Source: Carcharhinus longimanus (taxonomy: Eukaryota). From it: a stretch of 64,000 nt of DNA. Below, in pieces: positions 36,181 through 50,468 of this stretch (position 1 is its first letter; the number at the start of each line of letters is the position of its first letter). Below the pieces are notes generated by a model. That model did no database searches, was not told the DNA's origin, and saw only the letters and a list, made by a program, of their open reading frames with translations. Where the stretch lies: NCBI GenBank assembly GCA_030264375.1, contig JASCQW010000142.1, positions 12,291,196 through 12,355,195 of the forward strand, written 5' to 3'. The position numbers and the translations under genes are program-made.

Positions 36181-38559
36181 AAAAAAACATTTAGGTTCAG
36201 AATCACAGACAGACACAATGCTGGTTTCCAATAGCTCCATTTTAGCAATGAAATTGAAACTTGGAAAAGCAAAGGGTCACTGACAACATAACCTTTTAAG
36301 TTCTATGCCTGAGCATCCCAAAATATCTCTCTCAACCCACACACAAATCAACAGTTTTAAGTTACTTCGGCCACACACCACTTAAAGGGTTCACACACTT
36401 GAACAACTCTGCATGCTACAGAAAAAGAGGCCACATTGGTCCTGATCAAAACAGTTCTCACATGGGCCCACACCCTGAAAGAGAAAGCAATCTGTTCCAT
36501 TCCCAGGTGCTGCCTGATTAAAAATGTTGCTGTTTCGTTTTTCTTCCAGACTTTCAGCGTTTGCTTTTTCTTTTGCTCGATGGTTAATCAGCTCATGTTG
36601 AAATCTGATTAAATATTTTCCCATACTTCAGTAAATCTATCTACTTGAGCCAGACATTTGCCAGTTCCGAAGCATGCCTCTTTTGAGCATCATGTGCCAA
36701 GTTCCTTACCCTTATCCATAATTCTTCTGTGCCAAAACAGCATAAAGCATCTTCAATTTATTTCTGGGATCTCAATTTTATTTTAACAGTGGGCTGTAAC
36801 TAGGATTTCAGTTCGGTGTAATGATGAAGGGTGTGTACCATTCTGGTACCCGTGATTGTTACTCTTCTAAATGGGCTGTGCCTCGATAGATGATTTTCAG
36901 TTATTTTCAGAAAACCAGGGTGAAATACTGGTGGTTATAGGACTGTCACTGGTGCCAGTAATTCAAGGTGATGAATTAAAGCTGTGCTTACACTGCACTA
37001 TTGGCCCGAGACCAACTGCTGCATTCAGTGGCTTGCAGCTGGCAACACCTAATTTATAATTCTTGACTGCGAAAGAGAGTCCTGAGCATGCAAGTACACG
37101 TGTGTAGCATTCTGCTCCCAGACAGTAAACATTGAAAGTTTTGAGTGTGTGTGCGAGCGCAAGAGGGCCCACATTATGCAATGAGCTCACTGAGTTTTAC
37201 TTCATGCTGCCCAAGTGATGGGACAGTAGGTCACTGAGACCATCAGAATATTACCCTTGGCTATACAGTCACTTTTGCTTCACTGCGAAGAGGCCATATC
37301 TTGGGGATGCAAAACAACATTAGATCAAAATGATAAAGCATTAGACCATTAAATAATACCAATACCCATGGTTTTCCAGCAAACCTGGTAACACTGTACT
37401 GTAAGAACTACCAGCTGAATATGTTATAGCCAGCCATGATATATACCTTAACAATTACACTCATCATGAGTGAACATGAGTGTGGAAAGATAGACCTTCA
37501 ATGATTAACTCATCCTGTAATAGTCTAGGTGGTAGGAGCACTCAGTGTTCCAAACACACTTTTCACACTTGTTCAGGAGTGTTTGAGTTTGTTTGCTACC
37601 CAAAGGACTGCAACATCTGCTCAAAACCATGTTTGTGACAGTATGTAATTTTGTTAAGAACTCATGCTGAAACCATAGAGAGCTCTCAAAGTAAAAGTCA
37701 TGCTCGGACCTTACAGAACATTTATTCAGAGTGCAGAGGCACAAGGAGGCATTCGATCCTTGGAGCGTGTGCTAAAAAAAAGACAAAACTATTTCCTGAG
37801 CTCAAGGAACAGAGAAATACTGGATAAATTAAGCTTTTCAACCTTGAAAAGAAGTGACCTTGTGCTGTAAAACATATAATCACACAAAAAAATTCAAAAG
37901 CACTAAGTTGTGTATATTCTATATAATTAATTGCAAATTTAAAATCTAAAAGTCCATTCTTGCAAAAATAATCATCTATAAATGGATTGAGCATCTGTGA
38001 GTATGATGGCCGAATTATTTACAGATCACTTTCATGGTTTAATTGAGGCAATTTGGGTTTGTTTATTCACAATAAAGTAACTGGGCTTGCACTTCTATTG
38101 TTAAGGACTTTTAAAGTTATTTTTATAAATTTTTGATCCACGAACCAGGTTTGTGCTCAGGCTTATCAGTTATAATTTTTAAGCAAAAAGGACAAAATTA
38201 GTCCTAATAAACCAAGTACATTTGTAAGAAAGCAAAATTTTTTTTAAAAAGCAGTTTTTAGTTTGAAGATCGCTAAACCTCAAGGTAACAAGTGAGATAC
38301 TAATCAGTTAAAAATAAGAACAACCTGGAATTACCTGTATTTGCAAATTTCAGATACCACTTTTGAGGCTCAGCCCCAATTCATTTGTCCCATGAAGTAT
38401 GTGCATGCAGCAGTGGATTCAGTTATTACCTAATTTCATTTGTGCAACGTGATCCTAATGAGATAGAAGTCTTGTGCCACATTGATAACATTCCAACCTT
38501 TTGGCCAGATGTTCTGGGTTGAAGTCCCATTAATGATCATGGAAGGAGCATTCATAACA

Positions 38560-38945
38560 GAAATGGTGATGTAATGGCAATACCATTGGACTAGCGATCC
38601 AGAAGCCCAAACTAATGGTCAGGGAAGATGGGTTCAAATGCCAGTATGGCAAGTGGTGGAATTTAAATTAACGAATAAATCTGGAATTGAAAGATAGTCT
38701 CAGTAATGGAGACTGCCATCGGTTAGCATAAAAATCCACCTGGTTTACTAATGCCCTTTAGGGAAGGAAATCTGGCATCCTTATTTAGTCTGGCCTACAT
38801 GCAACGCCAGATCCACAACAATGTGGCTGACTCTTAACTGACCTCTGAAATGGCCTAACAAGCCACTTAGTTTAAAGGCAATTAGGGACTGTCAACAAAT
38901 GCTGGCCTTGCCAGAGTAGCCCACATCTCTGGAAGAATAAAGGAA
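38560..38945 (+). mobile_element. tRNA-derived SINE, family B (older copy)
   Basis: Aligns by eye with 61954-62318 (actaatgccctttagggaaggaaatctg..gtctggccta). Confidence 0.8.
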
Positions 38946-39329
38946 AAGAAAGAGTGGATTTCCAATACACCTGATGGCAGATGGCAAGCATGGGACAATT
39001 TCCTGGGCAGCTGTACTACAATACAATTGGAGCAATGTAATGGAAGTCACAGTGGCCAATGCCTTTTTAGGGAATGAAATCTGAAAGGAAGAGGATCCCA
39101 ATGATGGGCATTATTCATGCCTGGACCTTGGTCATAAGTAAAATAATTATGCCGAATCTATAGATGAATTCAGTGCAGGTTTGCTCATTGTCCGATTGTT
39201 GTTACGTGATTTTGTATCCACTAAACTGTGTGCCTATTATTCAAAACTCATCATGTAAAAGAAATCAAAGAACCCGTGTCTCCTCACAGTAAAAGACACA
39301 AAACAATCTTGAAGTAATGGCGAACCAGG

Positions 39330-40450
39330 ACTCAAAGAATGAGGAACTTCAAAAAAGAAGTACAAGAAATGACAGTACTAGACAAACTAACTAAGTGGCA
39401 ACCAATCCCTGCATTACAGGGTTTTTAAAAGATCTAGCAGCAGAGAAAGCATTGGTTTTGATCATCTAGAGCTCCTTACATTCTAGGATAAAAATCATAA
39501 AATCTCTACAATGCAGGAGGCCGCCATTTAGCCAAATTGAGCCTGCACCGATAACAATTCCACCCAGACCCTATCCTGTGACTCCACTTATTTACCCTGT
39601 TAACCCCCTGATACTAAGTGTCAATTTATCTTGACCAATTAACCAAACTCACATATCTTGTGGGGGAGGAAACCGGAGCCCCTGGAGGAAACCCACACAA
39701 GTTTGGGGAGAACCCATCGAATCACCCAAGGCCGAAATTAAACCTGGATCCTGGGGTTATGAGGCAGCAATGCTAACCACTGTCACCCATGGATCAGAAG
39801 GTAGCAAATATAACCCCACTACTTAAGGAGAGAGAGAGAAAACAGCAAAACAGGGTGCTATAGGCCAGTTAGCCTCTCACTAGCAGGCAAATATTGTTAG
39901 AGCTATGACAATGTCACTTAGAAAAGTAATATGATTGAGCAAAATCAACACTAATTTATGAAAGTAAAGTTATGCTTGATAAATACGTGGGCAACTTTGA
40001 AAGTAGTAGGATGAATTAGGGAGAACCGCTGGATAAATTGCAGAGGAAGTTCACTGGGCTGGTTCCTTGGAAGGAGGGAATTGATCTGAGGAGAGACTGA
40101 GTGGACTGCGCCTATATTCTCTAGAATTTGGAAGAACGCAAAGTTACTGATGAAACATTTGGTCAGGGTCTCAGAATAAGGAGTCAACTGGTTAAAACCG
40201 AGATAAGGAGAAACAACTTCTCTCAAGACTTGTGAATCTTTGGAATTCTCTACCCAGAGGGCTATGGATACTCAATGGCCAAGTACATTCGAGACATAGG
40301 TCAACAGATTTGAGCACTAAAGGCATTAAGGGACATGGGGATGGGGGAAGAAGTGGAGTTGAGGTAGATGATCTGACGCAATCTTGTTGAATGCCTGTGT
40401 GGGCACAAAGGGAAAATGGCCTCCATCTGCTCCTAAATCTTGTTATGTTC
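39330..40450 (+). mobile_element. Decayed CR1 LINE interrupted by a SINE
   Basis: tataggccagttagcctc (YRPVSL) and aacttctctcaagacttgtgaatctttggaattctctacc motifs; tail ctgctcctaaatcttgttatgttc. Confidence 0.75.
39495..39788 (-). mobile_element. HE1-like V-SINE inserted in CR1
   Basis: Reverse-complement HE1 sequence (gaggaaaccggagccc..gaggcagcaatgctaaccactgt). Confidence 0.85.
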
Positions 40451-42343
40451 AAAGCATATTTTTGGAACTAAAATAAGTTTAATGTGTAAGCAATGGCAAT
40501 TTTGGAAGAAAGAGGCAAATAAACAATTTTGTTTCAGAACTAAGAGTACAGCACAGTTATATTGTGCTTTCATATTGAAAGGGGTATAAAGCAAATCACT
40601 AAAAATGACACTAAAACAAGAAATGTAAATGCTCTTTTCAGTGGAGTAGAGACAGTTAATACATCTGATCAATGCTCAAATTTGTGAGTGGTTTTACAGT
40701 TAAGGGAAAAATATTTCCACTGGTCAGTGACTGCTACAGAAAGAAATTTCAGACCCATGTTTCTGTTAAAGTTCATCCTGCCNNNNNNNNNNNNNNNNNN
40801 NNNNNNNNNNNNNNNNNNNNNNNNNNNNNNNNNNNNNNNNNNNNNNNNNNNNNNNNNNNNNNNNNNNNNNNNNNNNNNNNNNNNNNNNNNNNNNNNNNNN
40901 NNNNNNNNNNNNNNNNNNNNNNNNNNNNNNNNNNNNNNNNNNNNNNNNNNNNNNNNNNNNNNNNNNNNNNNNNNNNNNNNNNNNNNNNNNNNNNNNNNNN
41001 NNNNNNNNNNNNNNNNNNNNNNNNNNNNNNNNNNNNNNNNNNNNNNNNNNNNNNNNNNNNNNNNNNNNNNNNNNNNNNNNNNNNNNNNNNNNNNNNNNNN
41101 NNNNNNNNNNNNNNNNNNNNNNNNNNNNNNNNNNNNNNNNNNNNNNNNNNNNNNNNNNNNNNNNNNNNNNNNNNNNNNNNNNNNNNNNNNNNNNNNNNNN
41201 NNNNNNNNNNNNNNNNNNNNNNNNNNNNNNNNNNNNNNNNNNNNNNNNNNNNNNNNNNNNNNNNNNNNNNNNNNNNNNNNNNNNNNNNNNNNNNNNNNNN
41301 NNNNNNNNNNNNNNNNNNNNNNNNNNNNNNNNNNNNNNNNNNNNNNNNNNNNNNNNNNNNNNNNNNNNNNNNNNNNNNNNNNNNNNNNNNNNNNNNNNNN
41401 NNNNNNNNNNNNNNNNNNNNNNNNNTCATCCTGCCTCCTAAAAATGCCAAGTTATTCTGAAACCTCCTGTGCTACCATTCCAATCTGGTGGTCACATAAC
41501 TATATTCTAGCCCATTACTTTACCGTATGGTGGTAATTTTCACTTAGTGCTTAGCAGTCACTTCCCACCTCCAACAAATCCCCAAATGGGTGATGGCACT
41601 GCCAAGTGCAGTTCTCACCCAATCTCGCCAATTAGATCGCTAATTAGGTAATCTCAAAAGCATTACTTGAGACAGTACAATTAGCTTCCATTGCCAAGTT
41701 AGGCAATGGCTGGGACAAATCAGCCAGAGTTTGTATTTCCAACTGATAGCCAATGAGCTCTGCTAGGAAGTATGCACTCTCAAACACTGTGTCAACACAG
41801 GGCCAGGTTTAGCTTTGATCTCCACACTCCGCACATGACAAAACTGTTTCTGACACCAACCACGTCCCATGGTTCTCACAGCCATCTTAAAACGTTGTAT
41901 GCTTTCATATTGTGGTGTTGTGTGCATTATCAATTCTGCAGAAGTATTATTACTGTGGGAATGAAGTTTCATTGTTCAATTGTGTTTCAGAACTTCTCTG
42001 ACCAAAGCAACAGCATGCGGCAATCCTCTGACAGCAATTATTGCCACAGAAAGCCAACTCTATTAGAGAGAAACAAAAAAAAAGGAAGCAAACGTTCCAA
42101 ATCCACAAGATGAAATAGATAATCGCAGAAGTATAATCCCTACATTTGCCACTACAAAACAGATGACTGTCAGTACAGGATTCGAGAAATTGCTGCATTC
42201 TTAGGATTTATATCAGGATAATGTAAGAACATGTTCAATCATAAAAATCATTATTTTTCAGTATAAATGTATCTGAAGTTCCAAGAGAAAATTGCAGCAT
42301 GGGAATGAGATTGTTTAATTCTACTGCATTCTCCATAATCTTT

Positions 42344-42890
42344 GTGGTTAGCACTGCTGCCTCACAGTGCTAGGGACCTGGGTTCAATTTCCTGGCTTGG
42401 CTCACTGCCTGTGAGGAGTCCGCACCTTCTCCCAGTGTCTGTGTGGGTTCCCTCCAGTGAACAAAGAACGATACAGCACAGGAACAGACCCTTCAGCCCC
42501 CCAAGCCAGCGTTGATCACGTTTACCTATCTAAACCAACTGCTTATATCACTGTATTCCCCATTTGTTCATATGCCTATGATAAGTCTTAAATGTAGCAA
42601 ACATAACTGCCTCAACCACCTCACTTGGCAGTGCATTCCAGGCTCCCATCACCCTCTGTGTAAAAAAACTTCCCCTGCACATCCTGAACTTCTGCCCTGG
42701 GAAAAGGCTTCCAAGTTGTCAACCGGGGTGCTCCAGTTTCCTCCCACAGTCTGAAAGATGTGCTGGTTAGGTGTATTGGCCATGCTAAATTCTGTGCACC
42801 CGAACAGGCACCAGAGTGTCACAACTAGATTATCACATTAATTTTATTGCAGTTTTAATGTAAGCCTTACTTGTGGCACTAATAAATAAA
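42344..42890 (+). mobile_element. V-SINE (alternative tail) with a nested antisense CR1 3' fragment at ~42460-42722
   Basis: The SINE core breaks at ccctccagtg and resumes at ggggtgctccagtttcc. The insert starts aacaaagaacgatacagcacaggaacagacccttcagccc, a reverse CR1 tail. Confidence 0.8.
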
Positions 42891-44729
42891 CAAAACTGAA
42901 ACTAACAAGAATTTGAACAAAGAAGAGACCGAATGTAGGTTTATCCAAAAGATCAAACATACAAAGCAGATTTGAATATTAACTGAGCATTACTGTGTGC
43001 ATACAGCATGTGATCTACTGAGGTAGTCTTTCTACTTGCACTGACAATAATAGTCTATCCTGTTTTGCCATCCTCCTGCATAAAGCATAAATAATTAGAT
43101 CACATTGTGGAAATCTGCTCTTACCACTAACTTTATAACGAGGTTGCAAACGTGCACAAAGTTTTATTTATAAATTAAGCTCTCAGCAAATGACAAATTT
43201 GCATTCCTTTGGAATGACAAATGTCTGGAGTCCATATTGCTCAACTGCAAGTTAAACTCTGTTAGCCCACGCGTACTTTACTACAGAGATCTCACACTGT
43301 TATTGGGGTGCTGCGGAGGCAATATAAATCGAAGCTGTAAAAGGATATTTTGCTCAATATCAACTGTGGGTTTGTTATTTCACCACTTTAAGAATTCAAA
43401 TCACCTGCAAACCTGCATTAGAATCCAAACAAGAGACTACAATGCAGTAAAGAAAGGCATCTTACGCTATGCATTCTAAACTATTTAATGCTAAGAAAAG
43501 TGTGTATATAAAAGAACATGGACCTCCCAAGATGCAGTAACTATCAAAGACTCCAAGTTAACTCTAACCGATAATCATCATTCTCAATATTTAGTGTTGC
43601 AACAAGATAACTTTTAGTTCTTTGTTAAAATTATCAAAAACTATCTTCTAACTGTGCGTTCAAGAAAATAAAAATGGAGATCAGAAATCCAAGGTAAACG
43701 CATCAGAGATAATGAACTGTTGTGGGCACGTAAAGGGAGTAACAACAAGCTGGCCCTGATTGAATCATAGGGCCAAGCTGATGGTTTACAAGGTCTGTGT
43801 TCTCAGCAGCTTAAACAAAGTAAAAAGTCTGACAACACCAGGTTTTAGTCCAACCTATTTATTTGATAATATACTCACTAGCTTTCGNNNNNNNNNNNNN
43901 NNNNNNNNNNNNNNNNNNNNNNNNNNNNNNNNNNNNNNNNNNNNNNNNNNNNNNNNNNNNNNNNNNNNNNNNNNNNNNNNNNNNNNNNNNNNNNNNNNNN
44001 NNNNNNNNNNNNNNNNNNNNNNNNNNNNNNNNNNNNNNNNNNNNNNNNNNNNNNNNNNNNNNNNNNNNNNNNNNNNNNNNNNNNNNNNNNNNNNNNNNNN
44101 NAAGTAAAGGCACATTATCCAAGCACAATATTACCTGTGTTGTGACAGTGTGACACTGACAAGGAGTAAAAAAAACTGGGTCAGACGAATGTTCCTTTCC
44201 CCAGTGTTGATATCTATCGCCTTGAGTTAAAACTACTCACCGTAAAAAAAGCAAAAGAAAACTTGCACACCCAATTGTTTAGTGAGTAATGAAACCGAGC
44301 ATCAGTTGTCAAATACAATTCCTCTATGGATTTCAACCTGGACAGCAGTATAGTATATTTAGCCTCAGTACCTTTGTGCAAAGAGGAGAAAAGGTGGTGA
44401 CCATGGTGTGACTGTTCTTAAGTCCAATCAAATGTATGGGTGGACATGACCAGACTGAGATACCATGCCTCTGCAGTCTAAGGTTGAAAAATAGCCAAAG
44501 AACGTTAAAAGTTGCAATCCAGCCTACAGCCGGTAAAGTGGGAATACAAATGGAAACATATATAGCAGATGTATGACACAAAGGACTGAATATGTTAAAA
44601 GAATTCAAGATAAAACATTGGCAGAGTTGCAGATCATCCAATGTTAATGTAAATGCCAATACATCAGACATTACCAGGGAACATGAAAGCAGAGAAATTT
44701 AGTTTGTCAAATTACCTGCTCTTTCTTCA

Positions 44730-45250
44730 TGTCCCTGAAATTCAATCAAATATTTAACCAATTCTTTTTAAGGCTGAATCTGAATTCATCGTACAGTCAG
44801 TACATCGCAAATCCCAACCACTTGTGTAAAAAAGTGTTTTTCCTCTAAGTTGCCTCTGGTTCACTTGCCAATCACCTAAATCTGTAACCCCAGTATCTGA
44901 CTCTTCAACCACTGGAAATAACATAACCTCTCACCTTTTGCACTCCACCCCTCTTTTTTTTCAAAAAGCCCAGGATCCCATACGCTTTATGAACTGCTTT
45001 GTTAACCTATCCTGTCACTTTCAAAGAGCTGGGTACCATCAGTTCCAGCTTCTCTCCCTTCCTGCTGCCCCCTAATATTGTGCCATTTAGTACATGTTGT
45101 TGCTTATTATCCTTCCTAGCATCTGACATTTTTCCACATTGAATTTCATCTGCCATGTTGTACCCATAGGCCCTACTGAAGCATACTTTATTCCTCTTGG
45201 TTCAACAGTTGTGCCACCAACAAATTTCAAAACTATATCCTGTATGCCCA
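44730..45250 (-). mobile_element. Highly decayed CR1-like LINE fragment
   Basis: caaatcccaaccacttgtgtaaaaaagtgttttt and ttttccacattgaatttcatctgcca are reverse-complement CR1 motifs. Confidence 0.55.
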
Positions 45251-45419
45251 AGCAAAGTACATCAAAGAATGCCTTGTATCATATTGATGTTTATCACAAA
45301 AAGCTTGAATTTATTTATCTATGCATTGTACAACTTTATTTATGCATCATAGAAGACTACACTGGGATTTTTCTACCAAGCTTCAAAATTCAAAGTTTAA
45401 AGGGCTTGCTTGTTTTAAT

Positions 45420-45619
45420 TAAAAACAGAATACGCTGGAAAATCTCAGCAGGTCTGACAGCATCTGTGGAGAGAGAATAGAGCCAACGTTTCAAGTCTAG
45501 GAATGACCCTTAATCCAGGCTCGACACGTTGGCTCTATTCTCTCTCCACAGATGCTGTCAGACCTGCTGAGATTTTCCAGCATTTTAATTTTTTTTCAGA
45601 TTCCAGCAACCACAGTATT
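45420..45619. repeat. Foldback element: perfect 56-bp inverted repeat, Penelope-like, flanked by 14-bp direct repeats
   Basis: 45434-45489 is the exact reverse complement of 45526-45581. TTGCTTGTTTTAAT occurs at 45406-45419 and 45620-45633. Confidence 0.9.
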
Positions 45620-46419
45620 TTGCTTGTTTTAATGCTGGTTATGGAATCGGGTCACAGTAAAATGATGGTTTTAGTACAGAAACCTAATAAATTTCTGAAA
45701 ACAAAAAGATATTCCTGAAGGATTTCTACAAAATTAAATATGGGGATGAAGTGAAACACATTTTACCAACCCTCGGTGCACTAAACTGTCTTGGGTAAAC
45801 TGCCCCACATCCACTTTTAGTCAGCATGTGCCAAGAAACAGTTTGCTTGTCTAGCCACACTCCTCCTCACCATAACCGTTTATTGGCAAGCCTTACTGTT
45901 TTGGCACAGAAGGCAACATCATTTCATTTTTTATTAGGACTTTTGATTGTTTCAAGTACAGGGCTTTAAAGCAGGGGAACCTTTCCAATGTACACTTTTA
46001 ATTCATTCCAACCTTCAAAATGAAATGTGCAAGCCGTGATCAACAGCAGAAAATTAGTTTTTAAACTGAAAAAAATGGAGACACAATGTGGAAGGAAATT
46101 TTGAACAAAAATTATAAAAACTGGGAAAGAATGAACATGAATACCCACACGTGGGTCACCTTTAGATACAAATGTTTGTTTGGTGCAGTTTTACTCTCTT
46201 TTGACACACTGCGTGGAATACCCATGTAAAAAAATCCAATGCAATGCCAAGTGTTGTACCCAGTCTCTTGTTAAAAAGATGAAAGCCTGGTGAATCTTGG
46301 CAGAACTCAATTCCATGACTTTCTGGTCTAAATCCAAAGCAGAACAGATTGAACCACACAGCACTGTAAAGGACAGGCTATGTGAAGAACAAAGGGAGGC
46401 GGGGAATGTGGAATTAAAA

Positions 46420-48520
46420 AGTGCTTTCATTTTTATTATCAATTAAAGTTAAGTATTTTTATTGCATTGGAGTAAAATTTTACTTTTAACAAATAACGTT
46501 TGCTCCACAAGTTACTTTTAATTATGATCAAAATGATTACAGTACATTTTGGTTCAATGGTACATAGCCAAGCTCACAGGATAATGGTGACACAGCCACA
46601 GAACTTATGGAAAACCTGACAGGAGTTAACTAGACAACACGGTGCCCAGAATTTTAAGGTAAGGGTCCCAACCTTTACAAAAATGTATCCAGTTTAGCTC
46701 AAAGTAAACAAGTGAAAAATTCCACTGGTATGTATTCCAGAATGATTTTATGCAAGTCCCAATTTGAAAGAGGTTTATCACTAATCCATGAACAAAGGAT
46801 ATTCTTCCATGCTGCAAATGTAAGGCTATTTTCCCATTCACATTACTGATCTTTTTGTCTAGGAGACCCAATATCAGATGCAAGGGATCAAACTCCAAGA
46901 TTGTATCAAAAGATCCCCTCAAGCTCTTTAAAGAGCATTACACCAAAAGCAATGCAGGTAATACCCCACATCACCCCACACTTCTCACACAATGACGGTG
47001 TAGCAGGATCAAAACAATGCTGCAGGTTTGGAGCAATATGCAGATAAGGTGCAATATCTTAAACTGAATTTCTTTTGTTCTATTACAAACTGAAATTTTA
47101 TTAGCACATTCCAAAATACCACCTCGTCAATATTTACTGCAAAGTCATCTCTCAGAGTAATACAAATGCCCAGATAAGCAAGCCCCAAAGGGGACCATCT
47201 AAAGGGAAATGGAGAAAAGGGGAGTCTACCCTTCAACCTGCCCAGGGACATAGCCTCCAATTTCATGAAATTAATCTTTTAACCCAAAAAAAGACCAAAT
47301 CTGGCTATCACATCAATAATAGCAGAAATAGAGACATTCGGCTTGGAGACAAGCAGTAACACATCATCCACATAAATCTCCACTGGACAACCCATGGAGT
47401 CACATCTAATTGCCTTAGCTATTGAACCTTTGGTTAAGGCTAACAACAGGGGAGACACTGGACATCCCTGCCTAGTCCTTTTCTAAAGGCCAAAATTCTC
47501 TAAGCTATAACCATTTGTAAGGATTGCAGTCATCGGGTTCTTATAGAGTTCTTGAAATCCACTTCAAAGATCCCCTCCTGATCCAAACTTATGCAAGTAT
47601 AGAACAAATAATTCCATTCTACCTTATCAAAGGCTTTTTCAGCATGTAGGAGATCACTAATCCATCCAAAGCACACTTTTGGAAGACTTGGATAATATTC
47701 AACAATCTCCTAACATTATGGCATGAGTTCAGACCTTTAATAAATTCAATCTGATCATTCTGGATATTCACAAGCAGGATTTTCTCCAGGCACGTCACCA
47801 GAACCTTAGACAACACTTTCAAATCAACATTCAATAAAGGAATGGCTCAGTAAGAAATACACAGTTTAGGATTAAGGAAATTTTCCTACAGCAAAAGGAT
47901 GATTATACATATCAACTAATGGGTTTAATAACAGGTCTTTGAATTCCTTGTAGAATTCACACCCAAAACCAGCAGATCTGGGTGCCTTACCAGGCTGAAG
48001 CTTCATCATTGCAGAGACCACGTCTTTCCCCCAGAGACTGGAGCATTCAAAGCTGTTCCTCAGATTCTGAGGCAGAAGGAAGCTCAAGAGAAGAAACACT
48101 CCATAAGTACTGGAGCATCCTCAGCTTCAAATTGGTGTAAAAGCTCTTAAAAGTCTCATTAATACCTTGAGCTTTAATCCTCCTATTTCTCTTGGAGTCC
48201 ACCACCAAAGCTATCGCCCTTGAGTATGATTTCTTCCTAGTAGGAAAAACCAAATACCTATTCAGTTTATTCCAAAATTATACAATCTCTGCTAGCAAAC
48301 CTCAAACTCCTCTCTGTCAAAGAGTCCAGTGCTGCCCGAACGATACCAACTTCCTTCAGCTTTGCATGACAATTCCTACCATACACCCGCCCTAATTCAG
48401 CTGGCCAGACCGCGAACTGACACTGGTGCTCCATCAATCTACGTCTCTTGCTAGCCGTGAATGAGGTGACCAAACCTCTAGCAAAGGCCTTGCAGGTCTC
48501 CCATAGAGAAATCAAATTTT
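46420..48520 (-). mobile_element. Decayed L1-clade LINE ORF2 (linker, RT, C-terminus)
   Basis: LWETCKAFARG, KLQPGKAPRSAGFGCEFYKEF, NVDLKVLSKVL..LEKIL..DQIEFIKG..NVRRLLNII, RQGCPVSPLL, YVDDVLL, YLGI and WDPYL motifs; multiple frameshifts. Confidence 0.9.
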
Positions 48521-50172
48521 AATGCCAACAATAATTTGAATACTGGAAACAAATGGCGGTTCTCCACAAAGCTTATTACCTAGCAAGTTTCCAAAAAAAT
48601 GATAATAAAATTGTTTGCAGACCCACCACTAAGTACTGTAGGTATAGTTCCAGCCTTCACTCATCACTAGATGTCACTAACACACTATTTCAAGTCCCAT
48701 CTAGAGATGCTAGTCTGTAAGGATACATGCAACATGTACTTCTGAAAACTAATACAGCTGGTTAATTTCATGAATTTGTGAAATTCTTATTTTTAAAAAA
48801 CAGCACCCAGCTGAGTAATAACATTAACGTCAGAAATGCAGGTAAGAGCAAGATTTTTGAAGTTGTGGCAACAGTATGTGGTATTGTTCAAAGCCATCTT
48901 ACACAGTATGGAGAACAAGTAATATCAACGCCAGAACAGTCAGCATTTCTTGTGCTTCTGTGGTTTTTCCCCACATGGGTGGAGTACAGACTGGATGCTT
49001 TGCCTCCACCCACACAGTGACTAAATAAAGGGTTAATGGGAGATGCCTGTACAATAGGGCCACATAACTTTCCTAAATTCCAAAAACTAAAATCTACCAA
49101 TTCATAGGAAGCCTTTCAGTAAAGTGCAATAGGCATGGTAGAGGAATGCAGCATAACGCCACAAGATGATTTCTCAAATAGCATTCAATGATTTACTGGA
49201 ACTGCAATTACCTACCAGAATTTCATTATTAAAAAATACTTTTGTCAATAAAACATTTCCAATTATCATTTTGAATTATTAAACACATCCATATCACAAT
49301 ATAATTTATAACTTACTTTAAATTTTAAAAGAGATTTATTTTTCTAACTTATGCTTTAAAATTGCTAATCACTGGCTCATTTCTCCCATCGAAAACATAG
49401 CTAGTGTAAAACTAACACATGTACTATTAGATATAAAAATATATATTCAAAGCAGGAGCTTCCGCAACTCCTGGTTGAACAAGAATTACCACGCAGACTG
49501 GCAAGCAATTCCATTCTTCTTTCCAACCACTCAGACTGAATCAGACCATGTACAATCTTACAGACCATGTACATTTAACTTGGCCCCCAAACCAAGTTTT
49601 GCATCCAATATCTTATCCATCACCGATATCATATATTTATCCTCAAGATAATCCACCTCCATCCATTCCTCATTGCATCTGCTTCAAAAGATCTATTCAA
49701 CCCTATGGCTCCTCTACTCAACTATTCCGATGCTCTGCTGGCTAACCTCCACAGTCTATAAAGTCCAATTCCTCAAAGCCCTGCTGCTTGAATCATGTCA
49801 CACCTCATCCATCATCCCCATCCTGGGTGAGCTTCGCCAGGTTGTCTTTCAATGTATTAAATCTACAATTCCCACCTTTGTCTATACTGCCTCATGGCAT
49901 TATGACCTGATAGACCAGCTGGTTCTTTAAGCCCTCTAATCACCTTGCACATTTTCCTCACAGATTTTCTGCACATATCTGCAAAATGAAAACGAAGAGA
50001 ATGTTTATTTATTTAAACAAACAAACATTTGCCTCGCATATATTTTCACGATTCAATCCCACCCTCCCCTTTTACTAGTAGCAGATTCTTCAGCCATGTC
50101 AATCACAGTTTAGTACACCCTCCTTAAAAGATCTTTAACTCTCCAATTCTCTCTCACACAACCTTTTCCCAC

Positions 50173-50468
50173 AGGCTGCATGGTGGCACAGTGCTACCTC
50201 ACAGCTCCAGGGTTCAATTCCATCTCTGGGTGACTGTGTGGAATTTGTTCGTTCTTCCTGTAACTGTGTGGGTTTCCTCCAGGTGCTGCAGTTTCCCCTC
50301 TCAGTCCAAAGATGTGCAGGTTAGATGGATTTGCCATGGGAAATGTGTTGGGTTATGGAGATAGGGCAGGGGAGAGGGCGAGGGTAAGATACACTGTCAG
50401 TGAGTTTGTGTAGTCTCGACAGGCCAAATGGCCTCATTTGCACCACAAGGATTTATTCGATGATTCTA
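50173..50468 (+). mobile_element. HE1-like V-SINE (diverged) within decayed L2-like sequence
   Basis: tggtggcacagtg head, gtgtgggtttcctccaggtgctgcagtttcc core and tattcgatgattcta tail. Confidence 0.8.

Noticed and set aside
40672-41536. Long ORFs of 225-282 aa (also those near 2830, 29282 and 43760)
   Set aside because: They are made almost entirely of N gap.
43019-43040. TGAGGTAGT, the let-7 5' sequence
   Set aside because: The match ends after 9 nt and I see no precursor hairpin.
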